Positions 27,724 to 36,258 of a stretch of DNA of 64,000 nt are shown piece after piece. The notes beneath the pieces are model-generated. The model was not told the origin of the DNA. It saw only the letters and a list, made by a program, of their open reading frames with translations, and did not search any database. Both the position numbers and the translations under genes were made by a program. The stretch covers positions 192,001 through 256,000 of the forward strand of contig PSMU01000002.1 of the NCBI GenBank assembly GCA_040290255.1, read 5' to 3'. Within the stretch, counting starts at the first letter, position 1; the number at the start of each line of letters is the position of its first letter. The stretch is from Nitrososphaerota archaeon. GTDB taxonomy: Archaea; Thermoproteota; Nitrososphaeria; PSMU01.

Positions 27724-27763
27724 AACAAAACGATTTTAACCGCGGCCGCGGGGCCCCTGGGCC

Positions 27764-28111
27764 GTGGTCGAGAGCGAGCTCATCGACGTCGGCCAGCTAA
27801 AGGAGGAGGATGTAGTGAAGGTCGATGTGGATGGCAGACAGGCGCTGCTCTACAAAAAGGGCAATAAGGTCTTCGCGTACATCGACGCCTGTCCTCACAT
27901 AGGCGGCTCGCTGAGGGCCGTGAAGGGCACCTTCGTCTGTGAGTGGCACGGCTCTAGGTTCGACGTGGAGACCGGCAAGTATCTCTCCGGCGTGGCCCCT
28001 AAGGACAGCGCGCTCATCCCCTTTCCCATAATAATCAGGGACGGCAAGGTCTACTACAAGTACCCACATGATAAGCCGCGTGGCCAGTGGCATATAGCCG
28101 AGATCAGATAG
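27764..28111 (+). CDS. Rieske [2Fe-2S] ferredoxin
   Basis: CPHIGG..CEWHGSRFD. Confidence 0.95.
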   Translation: MVESELIDVGQLKEEDVVKVDVDGRQALLYKKGNKVFAYIDACPHIGGSLRAVKGTFVCEWHGSRFDVETGKYLSGVAPKDSALIPFPIIIRDGKVYYKYPHDKPRGQWHIAEIR

Positions 28112-28119
28112 GCTCGGAG

Positions 28120-28998
28120 CTAACTGGGGATGATGCCCCTGAGCCCGAAGGCGGTGCCCAATACGTCGCCGAAGAGGAAGGATCCGAAGGCGGTGCCCAA
28201 CGTGAGCCCCACGCTGATCAGGAACTCGCGCGCGAAGGGCCTGTCCGCCAGCACGTTGCCGTAGAAGGTGAAGAAGGCGACGAGGGCTATTGCCACGGTG
28301 ACGGAGGCCGAAAAGGCCAACAGCATGTCATGAGTAAGGAAATACGGGAGCGCCATGGCCACGGCGGCGCCCAGGTAAGATATGCCGGTGGCCCCCGCCG
28401 AGCTCTGAGGGGAAATGCCCTTTTGCTGTCGGGCCTGCAGATAGGCGGCGGAGGCCATGGCCACCGCCGCCGAAAAGCCCACAATCAATCCCGCGATGCC
28501 CGCTATCAGAGTCGAGCTCGTGACGCCGAGGAACCCCGCGTGCACGCCCGTTATCTCGACGATCGCGTCGGCCAAGCCTAATATGACGAAGCTCAGGTAC
28601 CTGACGGCCCCCTCGTCCACCTGGCTCATAAAGTACCTTTCATGCTCCTCCTCCTCGCGAATTATGCCCTCCAGCTCCTCCCTTTCCTGCCCCTCGAGGG
28701 CCTGGGCAAAGCGCCTGTAGCTCTCTATCACTCTCCTTTCATGCCTCTCGAGGAACTTCATCGTGAACACGAGGCCGAAGAGCCTCCTTAGCAGGAGCAC
28801 GCCTATCAGCTGCCACCTGCTCAAATGGGGCTCGTAGCCTCCTGCATACCTGCTCCAGAAGCTGTAGTGGCGACGCTCCATCTCCGCCATGTCGCGGAGG
28901 ACCTTGCTTCGTTCAGACTGCCTCTCGCGCGTGGCAAGCGCTGAGTAGAGCGAGTAGTCGACGTACTCCTCTTGGCAGTATGCCTGGGCCTCCTTCAC
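28120..28998 (-). CDS. Rubrerythrin/ferritin-like domain fused to VIT1/CCC1 membrane domain
   Basis: EMERRH and EEEEH ExxH motifs, then LGLADAIVE..G, AMASAAYL, LPYF. Confidence 0.9.
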   Translation of the reverse strand: MKEAQAYCQEEYVDYSLYSALATRERQSERSKVLRDMAEMERRHYSFWSRYAGGYEPHLSRWQLIGVLLLRRLFGLVFTMKFLERHERRVIESYRRFAQALEGQEREELEGIIREEEEHERYFMSQVDEGAVRYLSFVILGLADAIVEITGVHAGFLGVTSSTLIAGIAGLIVGFSAAVAMASAAYLQARQQKGISPQSSAGATGISYLGAAVAMALPYFLTHDMLLAFSASVTVAIALVAFFTFYGNVLADRPFAREFLISVGLTLGTAFGSFLFGDVLGTAFGLRGIIPS

Positions 28999-29089
28999 GC
29001 CCCGCGGGCAGGAGGTGAGCGAATATAATCTTGCCCCTTGCCGATGGCGTTCGCCCAAAGATTATATCGAGGCCGCCTGGCGTCGGTTC

Positions 29090-29443
29090 ATGATACGCAC
29101 GCAGAAGACGGTCTATGACCCTGCGGACCCCTCCGATGGAAAGAGGATCCTAGTGATGAGGATATGGCCAAGGGGAGTACGGAGGGGCAAGGTGGACCTG
29201 TGGTTGAAGGAGCTGGGCGCGGATAGGGAGCTCATAGGGCAGTGGAAGCAAGGAAAGGTGAGCTGGGAGGAGTTCAGCAGGCGCTACAAGGAGAGCTTGG
29301 TGGGCAAGCGGGCCCTGCTCATGCAGCTGGCCGAGGAGGCGAGGCAGGGCACCATAACCTTGCTCTGCAGCTGCAGGGATGAGCGGCACTGCCACCGATA
29401 CCTGCTGAAGGAGGAGATAGAACGCTACCTGCAGGGGGATTAA
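29090..29443 (+). CDS. DUF488 family protein (YeaO-like)
   Basis: VYDP..DGKRILVMRIWPRGV, WLKEL, TLLC..HCHR. Confidence 0.9.
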   Translation: MIRTQKTVYDPADPSDGKRILVMRIWPRGVRRGKVDLWLKELGADRELIGQWKQGKVSWEEFSRRYKESLVGKRALLMQLAEEARQGTITLLCSCRDERHCHRYLLKEEIERYLQGD

Positions 29444-29453
29444 GCCCCCCTCG

Positions 29454-30026
29454 CTACAACCTGATGATGCGGTCCATCAGGCCCAGGAGGGCCTCGACCG
29501 CTTTCCTCTCCCTCAGGGAGATGCCCGAGCCCTTGTCCTCCTCGAGCGAGGAGCCATAATATGCGTTGCCCAGGAAGGTCTCCGCGCTCATAATTGCCCT
29601 GTTCATAAGTCCTGGGGAGCCGGCCTGAAGATAAAGCGAGAGGTCGTTGATGGCGAGCAGCGGAGTGGGCCTCCTCAAGTAGGCCAGCAGGAGCGGCCTG
29701 AGCCTTCGGGCGTTGAGTCTCGCCAGCTCCAGCACTTCTGCTCCGCTCCTGCCCTCTATCCTAGGAGCCCTGATGGGCCGCGCCGTGAGCAGCCTCACCG
29801 TAGATGGCAATGCCATGTAGGCCCCAAGTGGAGTACCGAGGCCCTGGATCCTGCTCGGCGCCATCTCTATGACCGTCCCCTCATAGCCCGGATAGGTTGC
29901 AAGGAACGAGGCAAGGGCCAGGGCCGTCAGCCGCGTTTTGCCGGCCCCTACCTCGCCTACGATTAGCACGCGCCTTCCCATCAGGCGTTCAGGCGTGAGG
30001 CCGAGCTCATCCAAGCGAAAGGGCAC
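29454..30026 (-). CDS. Uncharacterised P-loop NTPase
   Basis: Walker A GEVGAGKT; LLAIND as a Walker B variant. Confidence 0.65.
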   Translation of the reverse strand: MPFRLDELGLTPERLMGRRVLIVGEVGAGKTRLTALALASFLATYPGYEGTVIEMAPSRIQGLGTPLGAYMALPSTVRLLTARPIRAPRIEGRSGAEVLELARLNARRLRPLLLAYLRRPTPLLAINDLSLYLQAGSPGLMNRAIMSAETFLGNAYYGSSLEEDKGSGISLRERKAVEALLGLMDRIIRL

Positions 30027-30549
30027 GAAGCACCCCTCTGGCCTCTAGGGCGGTCAGGACCAGCATGGCCAGGACGCTCCCGCTGATGCTGCTCAGGGCC
30101 CAGCCCGCGTAGAAGGGAAGGAGCGAGAGAAACCTGGTCCTGAGGCCGGCATTGATGAGCGGGTCCACCAGGTACCAGGAGGTCGTGGCGCCTATCAGGA
30201 CCGTGCCGAGCGGCTCGGATAGGGCGGCCAGCGCCATGGCCCTGGCCCTTCCTAGCCTTCGCTTGAGCAGCGCATACACGAGGCCCACGACCACGCCGCC
30301 AGGGATGCCGCCTGGATACGCGAAGACCGTTCCGAGGCCCAGCGATATCCTCAGCGTGCCCACGATCACGGCTATGGCGATGGCCCACAGCGGACCCACC
30401 GTCACACCGGCCAGGGCGTTGATGAAGTGCTGCCCAGGGAAGGCCCTCGTGGGCCCCCAGGCGAACCAGGAGACAGGGGAGAGCACGAGGGCCAAGGCGG
30501 CCAGGACGGCGGAAAGGGCCGGCTTCACGGTGAGGGGAGGGCGCTGCAT
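30007..30549 (-). CDS. thiW: ECF transporter S component, ThiW (thiazole)
   Basis: AFPGQHFINALAGV..GP, GTVFAYPGG, EPLGT. Confidence 0.9.
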   Translation of the reverse strand: MQRPPLTVKPALSAVLAALALVLSPVSWFAWGPTRAFPGQHFINALAGVTVGPLWAIAIAVIVGTLRISLGLGTVFAYPGGIPGGVVVGLVYALLKRRLGRARAMALAALSEPLGTVLIGATTSWYLVDPLINAGLRTRFLSLLPFYAGWALSSISGSVLAMLVLTALEARGVLRALSLG

Positions 30550-30566
30550 GGCAGGGGTTCGCAGGG

Positions 30567-31304
30567 CTAGGATAAGGCCTTAGCGGGCAGGAGAAGGAGC
30601 AGGGCGGCCAGGCCGAGCAGATATGCGAGCAAAATTAAGCTCTCCCTCCTGCTCCACCTAAAGCTAGGCGGCGGCCGGCTCATCTTGGCGGCGCCATACC
30701 CCCTTACCTCCAGGGCCTGGGCTAGGTCGAGGGCCGTCCTGAGGGCCAGGGCCGTCAAGGGCACCAGCACGAGCGCCAGGGCCCTTAGCCTAGCCACAGG
30801 GCTGCGTGCTCCATGCTCGACGCCCCTTGCCCTCTGTGCGTCCACGATGTTCTGATACTCCAGCGCGAGCTGAGGAGCAAGCCTGAGGGCGCCCATGAAC
30901 GCAAGGATGAACCCCTGGGGCAGCCTGGCCTGTGCCAGCAGAGGCTCTATCTCCTCGGGAGCCACGAGCATCAGCGTCAGGCTGGAGGAGCTGAAGAAGG
31001 CCAGCAGCCTAAGGCCCTGGCCAATGGCGGGCGTCAGCTCCATGCCCGAAACGTAGCTTAGGCCCGAGAGGAGGAGCGCGAGCAGGGCCATGTACCTCTG
31101 GGCCCTCACCAGCCTGCGCGCGCAGCCGGCGATGGCCGCGAGGCCGAGCGCTAGCAGCAGGGAAGCGGCCGTAAGTGAGAAGGAAGCGCCCAAGAGCGAG
31201 AGCAGGAGGGGGCCGAAGCCCAGCGCCAGCCTGAGCCTGGGATCTAGGTCGAAGAGCCGCGAGGTCGTGGCCCTGAACGAAAGGCTAAGGTAGAGCAAGC
31301 TCAT
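30567..31304 (-). CDS. ecfT: ECF transporter T component
   Basis: LDPRLRL, DAQRARG, ALEVRGY. Confidence 0.9.
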   Translation of the reverse strand: MSLLYLSLSFRATTSRLFDLDPRLRLALGFGPLLLSLLGASFSLTAASLLLALGLAAIAGCARRLVRAQRYMALLALLLSGLSYVSGMELTPAIGQGLRLLAFFSSSSLTLMLVAPEEIEPLLAQARLPQGFILAFMGALRLAPQLALEYQNIVDAQRARGVEHGARSPVARLRALALVLVPLTALALRTALDLAQALEVRGYGAAKMSRPPPSFRWSRRESLILLAYLLGLAALLLLLPAKALS

Positions 31305-32097
31305 CTCGAATCCTTCTGATCGCCTCCTCCTTTGTAGTGAAGGGCCCGGGCCCCGGCCTGCCCAGCTCCTTCCAGAGCCGCACGAGCGCGGGAGGCCTAA
31401 GGCCGGCGCGGGCGAGAAGCCCCTCATCCGCGAGCAGCCTCTCGGTGGGCCCCTCAGCGAGCACGCGGCCCAGGGCCAAGATGACGGCCCTCCCCTGCAG
31501 GCTCCAGGCGAAGTCCATATCATGGGTGGCCACCAGCACCGCGGCGCCGCGAAGGGCTAGCCCCTTGAGCAAGGAGGTCAGCTCGAGCTTGAAGAAGTGA
31601 TCCTGGCCCAGCGTGGGCTCATCCAGCGCCAGGGCCCTTGGCCTGCGCATGAGCGCCACGGCCAGGCAAAGCCTCTTCTTCTGGCCCCAGCTCAGCGTGA
31701 ACGGCGACCTGCGCCGAAGTTGCCAGAGGCCAAACAGGCGCAGCAGCTCCTCGGCCCTGGCCAAGGCCTCTTCCCTCGTCACCCCGCTGCCAACTCCGAA
31801 CAGAAGTTCCTCCAGTACGCTCGAGGCGAAGAGCTGATGGTCAGGGTTCTGAAAGACAAGGCCCAGCAAGGCCGCTACATCTGAAGCTCGAGCGCTCGCG
31901 GGATCGACCCCGAAGAGGCTAATGCTGCCCTGGGTGGGCCTCATTAGGCCGGCCATCAGCTTGAGCAGCGTGCTCTTGCCCGAGCCGTTCGCGCCCAGCA
32001 CCAGCACGATTTCGCCCTCCTTCACCTCCAAGTCGATGCCGTATAGGGCTCCCTGGCCAGCGGGATAGAAGTAGTGAACCGCGCGGCAGATGATCAT
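31285..32097 (-). CDS. ECF transporter ATPase
   Basis: GANGSGKST, FQNPDHQL, LSWGQKKR, LDEPT. Confidence 0.92.
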   Translation of the reverse strand: MIICRAVHYFYPAGQGALYGIDLEVKEGEIVLVLGANGSGKSTLLKLMAGLMRPTQGSISLFGVDPASARASDVAALLGLVFQNPDHQLFASSVLEELLFGVGSGVTREEALARAEELLRLFGLWQLRRRSPFTLSWGQKKRLCLAVALMRRPRALALDEPTLGQDHFFKLELTSLLKGLALRGAAVLVATHDMDFAWSLQGRAVILALGRVLAEGPTERLLADEGLLARAGLRPPALVRLWKELGRPGPGPFTTKEEAIRRIRDELALP

Positions 32098-32972
32098 GGG
32101 CTAGCCAGGCTGTCGCGGCGTCCCAAGGATGCGAGGCCCTTGGCCGAGATATCCTCTGGCCGCAGGCCCAGGCTATAAGCTACTTCGGCCAGAAGCGGCC
32201 TCTCGAGCCCCAGCTTATCTAGCAGGGGGTTCATGACCGCCTCTTGAAGGGGCTGGTCCAGCGCCACCTTGCCCTCCACGAGCACGATGAGCCTGTCCAC
32301 GAGCCCTATCAAGGGCTCGAGCCTGTGCTCCGCTATGATGAGCGTAAGGCCGCCGCCCTTGAGCTGCTGCAGCACGCCCACCACCTCCTCGACGCCCTGC
32401 GGATCGAGCATGGCGAGGGGCTCGTCCAGCAGCAGCAGCCTGGGCTTAACGGCCAGCGCGGAAGCCAGGGCCAGGCGCTTCCTTTGGCCCTGCGAGAGCT
32501 CGAAGACCGGCGCCCGGGCTAGGGAGGAAAGGCCCGTGGCCTCCAGCGCCCATGATGTGCGCCTCAGCACCTCGCTGGGCTCCAGGCCCAGCCACCTTGG
32601 GCCCAGGGCCACGTCGGAGGCGACGCTCTGGCCTATGATCTGGGCCTCCGGGTTTTGCAGCACGGAGGCCACGAGCGAGCTAAGCCGCCGAGCCCCCACG
32701 CGCCTAGGCTCGAGGCCAAAGACCTCTACGGAACCCTCGAGCGTGCCCGAGTAGAAGTGGGGGATGAGGCCGTTGATGCAGCGCAGGAGCGTGCTTTTCC
32801 CGCTGCCCGTGGGCCCGACGAGCGCCACGGCCTCACCCTCCCTGACCTCAAGGCTCACGGGCCCCAGCGCGGGCCTTACATCGCCGAAGTATGTGAAGAT
32901 GAGCGAGGAGATCCTAACGGCGCTCCTGCCCTGGGGCGAGGGCGACTCCGCCGAGGAAGAGGGAGCAATCAT
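32094..32972 (-). CDS. ECF transporter ATPase
   Basis: GPTGSGKST, LQNPEAQ, LSQGQRKR, LDEP, EHRL. Confidence 0.92.
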   Translation of the reverse strand: MIAPSSSAESPSPQGRSAVRISSLIFTYFGDVRPALGPVSLEVREGEAVALVGPTGSGKSTLLRCINGLIPHFYSGTLEGSVEVFGLEPRRVGARRLSSLVASVLQNPEAQIIGQSVASDVALGPRWLGLEPSEVLRRTSWALEATGLSSLARAPVFELSQGQRKRLALASALAVKPRLLLLDEPLAMLDPQGVEEVVGVLQQLKGGGLTLIIAEHRLEPLIGLVDRLIVLVEGKVALDQPLQEAVMNPLLDKLGLERPLLAEVAYSLGLRPEDISAKGLASLGRRDSLASP

Positions 32973-33682
32973 GATTCAGGGCGAGGGAGGGGCGTCAAGA
33001 AGGGCTGCATGGCCGCTAGCAGAAAGCGGGCATCCTCCAGCGCGATCTGGCCCGGGGCCGTGGCCTCCTCCCCCACCGAAACGTAGGTGAAGGGAGCTCC
33101 CGCGAAGAGGCAAAGCAGCCGGGAGTGGATGCCGCGGGGGCCCTGCGCGAAGGCGATGAGCTCGCCGGGCCTCGCCAGCCTGTAGAGCGAGAGCACGTTG
33201 CCCGCATCCCTGCCGGTCCTGGCCCAGGGGACGATCTTCAGCACCTCGCCACACCCCCTCATGCCCTCAAAGAGCCGCCTCAGCCGCCCCGGTTCAGGGG
33301 TGAGGGAGGGATGATGCCAGGAAGCTATGATGCCCTTGCTGCCCTTCAGCTCCGGCAGCCGCTCCTTCAGCGTGAAGTAGTCGATGTCCACGAAGCGGGG
33401 CTCCATCGAAAGGAGGTCCCGGACCAGGGCCAGATATTCCCTTAGGAGCCCACGGAAGAAGCCTCCCTCCGAAGCGGTCCTGCACGTGAGGATCAGCCGG
33501 TCCAGGTAGGGGGCCACGACCCCCCTTAGGCCGGGCAGCTGTCCCTCCCCCAAATAATCCACCCTGACCTCTACGAGGCCAGCTCCAAAGTGGAAGGCGC
33601 GCCTGATCAGCTTCTCCAGCTTCGCCAGGGAACTCACGCCTATGGAGGCACAGAGCCTGGCGGAGACCTCTGGGGCGCTCAT
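32969..33682 (-). CDS. aroD: Type I 3-dehydroquinate dehydratase
   Basis: VEVRVDY, TCRTASEGG, IIASWH, VLKIV, SRL, APGQ. Confidence 0.88.
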   Translation of the reverse strand: MSAPEVSARLCASIGVSSLAKLEKLIRRAFHFGAGLVEVRVDYLGEGQLPGLRGVVAPYLDRLILTCRTASEGGFFRGLLREYLALVRDLLSMEPRFVDIDYFTLKERLPELKGSKGIIASWHHPSLTPEPGRLRRLFEGMRGCGEVLKIVPWARTGRDAGNVLSLYRLARPGELIAFAQGPRGIHSRLLCLFAGAPFTYVSVGEEATAPGQIALEDARFLLAAMQPFLTPLPRPES

Positions 33683-33732
33683 CTAAGGACCCCGGCTTGG
33701 GCGAGGGGATAATATAGACATATCCCTGAGGC

Positions 33733-34884
33733 CTAAAAGACGAGCTCCACTACGTCGCCGTCTTCGAGCACGTGCTCGGGGCCCACCCTCTGCCCCTGAA
33801 GCTTGGCCGAGGGGCCCCAAAGCCTTGCGAACTTGAGCGCTTGCGCGAGCTTCGCATGTATCGCAGAGGCGACATCTCGCACCGTCGCCCCCCTTCGCAG
33901 CAGCAGGGGAGGTCCCTCCACCACGCCGCCCCTTCTTGTATAGACCCTTATCAGGCCCAGGCAGCCAAAGAGCCGCCCGCGAAGCTCTTCTAGGCCTGAG
34001 CCCGTGACGGCGGATGTCCTGCAAAGGACCACGCCTTGGCCCAGCTCTCCCACGGACAACGTAGCCCCTGGAGCTGCCAAGTCGATCTTGTTGAGGGCTA
34101 TGACGGCGGGCCTGTAGACGAGCCCCCTGACGAGATGATCCTCTATCTCCTCAAGCCCTCCCTCCCCCTCCACCCTCAGCACCGCATGCGCGTAGCCCAG
34201 GCTTACCAGCAGCTCGCTTACCTCACTGGGCGAGGCCCGAATCCTCGGCCCAAGCATCACCCTAAGCCCCCCCGATCCCAGCCTAGTCAGCTGCACGCGA
34301 CAGCTGGCCCTGCCCAGGCGGAGTCCGTATAGCTCCAGGAGCTCCGTCAGCTTCATGAACTGGATCTCGGGCCGCCGGGATGCGTCCAGCACGATGAGAA
34401 GCGCATCAGAACCCTTGGCAAAGCCGATGCTGCGCGGCGCGAAGGCGCTCTCCCTCAGGTCCTCCGTGAGCACCGAGGGCAGCTCGACGAGCTGCACCCT
34501 CGCGCTTTCCAGTTGAAGGATGCCCGGCTGGGGGGTCACGGTCGTGAAGGGATAAGGCTCCACCCTAGCCCCCGCGCCGGTGAGGGCGTTAAGCAGCGAG
34601 GACTTGCCGGCATTGGCGGGGCCCAGAAGGCTGATCTGAGGCAGGGCACCCCTCTCGACATAGAACTCGACGAGCCTGGCGGGCCTTCTGCCCTTCTTTT
34701 CCTGGGCCTCCCTCCTCAGCTCCGAGAGCCTCTTTCTTAGAAATCTGAGCACCTTGGCCGTGCCCTTGTGCTTAGGGATCAGAGCCATAGCCTCCTGAAG
34801 GGCCCTTATCTTCTCCTCCGTATTCCTGGCGGCCGAATACTCCGCCAGCTTCCTCCTGGCGTCCCAAGGTAGGTTAGCCGGCAA
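33733..34884 (-). CDS. DRG/OBG-family GTPase with TGS domain
   Basis: PANLP N-terminus, PKHKGT, GPANAGKSS, YPFTT, NKID, GQRVG..HVLEDGD. Confidence 0.92.
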   Translation of the reverse strand: MPANLPWDARRKLAEYSAARNTEEKIRALQEAMALIPKHKGTAKVLRFLRKRLSELRREAQEKKGRRPARLVEFYVERGALPQISLLGPANAGKSSLLNALTGAGARVEPYPFTTVTPQPGILQLESARVQLVELPSVLTEDLRESAFAPRSIGFAKGSDALLIVLDASRRPEIQFMKLTELLELYGLRLGRASCRVQLTRLGSGGLRVMLGPRIRASPSEVSELLVSLGYAHAVLRVEGEGGLEEIEDHLVRGLVYRPAVIALNKIDLAAPGATLSVGELGQGVVLCRTSAVTGSGLEELRGRLFGCLGLIRVYTRRGGVVEGPPLLLRRGATVRDVASAIHAKLAQALKFARLWGPSAKLQGQRVGPEHVLEDGDVVELVF

Positions 34885-35221
34885 GGCCCCTGGGCGAGAG
34901 CAGGTCGACGATCTTGACCTCGAGCGCCGGCTGCTGCAGCAGAAAGGCCAGCGCCCTCGTGGCAACTGCCGAGTTCTTCCGCACCTCTTCAGGATGGTCG
35001 AGCAGCTGGGCTTCCTGGTCCACCGGGCCGGCGATGGCCGGCCCTAGATCTCTGCCGCTGATGAGGGCGATATTTCCGCTCCTGCTGCGCACCTTGCCGC
35101 CCAGCTCGGCCGCCAGGCTGGAGCTCAGCTGACCTAGCCTATGGGTAGTATGCAGCCCGCCAACTACGTAGGCCGCCAGGAACGCCAGCGCCAAGTAAAA
35201 CATGAGGATTGCGGCATCCAT
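34874..35221 (-). CDS. Hypothetical protein with N-terminal TM helix
   Basis: Hydrophobic N-terminus; its stop overlaps the GTPase start. Confidence 0.5.
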   Translation of the reverse strand: MDAAILMFYLALAFLAAYVVGGLHTTHRLGQLSSSLAAELGGKVRSRSGNIALISGRDLGPAIAGPVDQEAQLLDHPEEVRKNSAVATRALAFLLQQPALEVKIVDLLSPRGLAG

Positions 35222-35279
35222 GTGCGTTCGGCCCCGCCACAAGGTAGGCTTATTAAGCTGCGGACCACCTTGCCGGGCC

Positions 35280-35483
35280 TTGCGTTACGAGCTGGCGGCG
35301 GGGAACCTGATGCTCGGCCGCTTTACGTTCGCCTTTATTGGCCTGCCAGAGGGCTGGGGGCTTAGCCTGGGCACCGAGCCCGACGTCTACCCCATAGTGA
35401 GGGTGGGCGATCAGGCCTGGGTGGCGGAGGGGAGCGCGCTATATTTTGCCGCGGCTCCGGTCACGGGTGAAAGCTCGAGCTGA
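35280..35483 (+). pseudogene. Short ORF, possible degraded cyclophilin-like (TM1367/DUF369-type) gene
   Basis: VRVGDQAWVAEGSALYF resembles the V..GD.AYW..G.A..F motif; TATA-like TTATTAA about 30 nt upstream; much shorter than expected. Confidence 0.35.
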
Positions 35484-35748
35484 GCTTAAGGTGCAGGAGG
35501 CCCCGCAGCGAGTCCCTCCGCGGACAGGTGATCAGAACGGCCGGGCATTTGGCCGCTTATGAGCTGGGTCGGCTTAGGGCCGGCCTGCTGAAGAGGGGGT
35601 TCTTCACAAACTCAGGCTCCTCGTGCCCTGTGAAGTGATGAAGAGGGTGGTGGAGCTGGTGGGCGAGGAGGGGGGCCTGAGGAGGTTCCTCCAGCAAGAG
35701 GATCCTGTACTTTGCCACGACGTGGGCGGGGCGTAGGCCTTATCCGGT

Positions 35749-36183
35749 TCAAGGGCTTTTGCCGCCGTTAGCCACATCGCCCATCAACGTTATCAGGACC
35801 ATGCGCTGCCGGGGACCATCCCACTCCACCAGGAAGAGGCTCTGCCAGCTCCCCAGCTGAAGCTTGCCTGCTGAGATGGGCAGCGCGATGTAGGGGAGCT
35901 GTAGTAGCGACCTCAGGTGGGCATGTGCGTTGTTGTCGACCTTATTGTGCTCGTAGGGGCCTGCCTCGGGAACGAGCCTCGAAAGGAGCTGCAGCACGTC
36001 CTCCTTAAGGCCCTCCTCATCCTCGTTGACCGCGAGCGCGCAAGTCGTGTGCGGGACCGAAATTAGCGCGATCCCCTCCGTGAATTCGGATCGGCCCAGA
36101 AGTTCCTGTACCTGTGGCGTGATGTTGACGAGCTGCGAGCGCCTCTCGGTCTGTACCCTCAACCGAAGCTGAAGGACCCGCAT
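35749..36183 (-). CDS. yjbQ: YjbQ/UPF0047 family protein
   Basis: HTTCALAVNE, NAHAHL, LGSWQ..EWDGPR. Confidence 0.93.
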   Translation of the reverse strand: MRVLQLRLRVQTERRSQLVNITPQVQELLGRSEFTEGIALISVPHTTCALAVNEDEEGLKEDVLQLLSRLVPEAGPYEHNKVDNNAHAHLRSLLQLPYIALPISAGKLQLGSWQSLFLVEWDGPRQRMVLITLMGDVANGGKSP

Positions 36184-36258
36184 AGGGCAGTGTAGGTCCT
36201 GCGGCTATTTGTCTCTTGCCGGGGGAAGGTTAAAACTGGGGCCCCTCCGTGGAGGTGC

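Noticed and set aside
27667-27867. 66-aa ORF between tusA and the Rieske gene
   Set aside because: Runs through the palindrome and promoter region and overlaps the Rieske gene out of frame.
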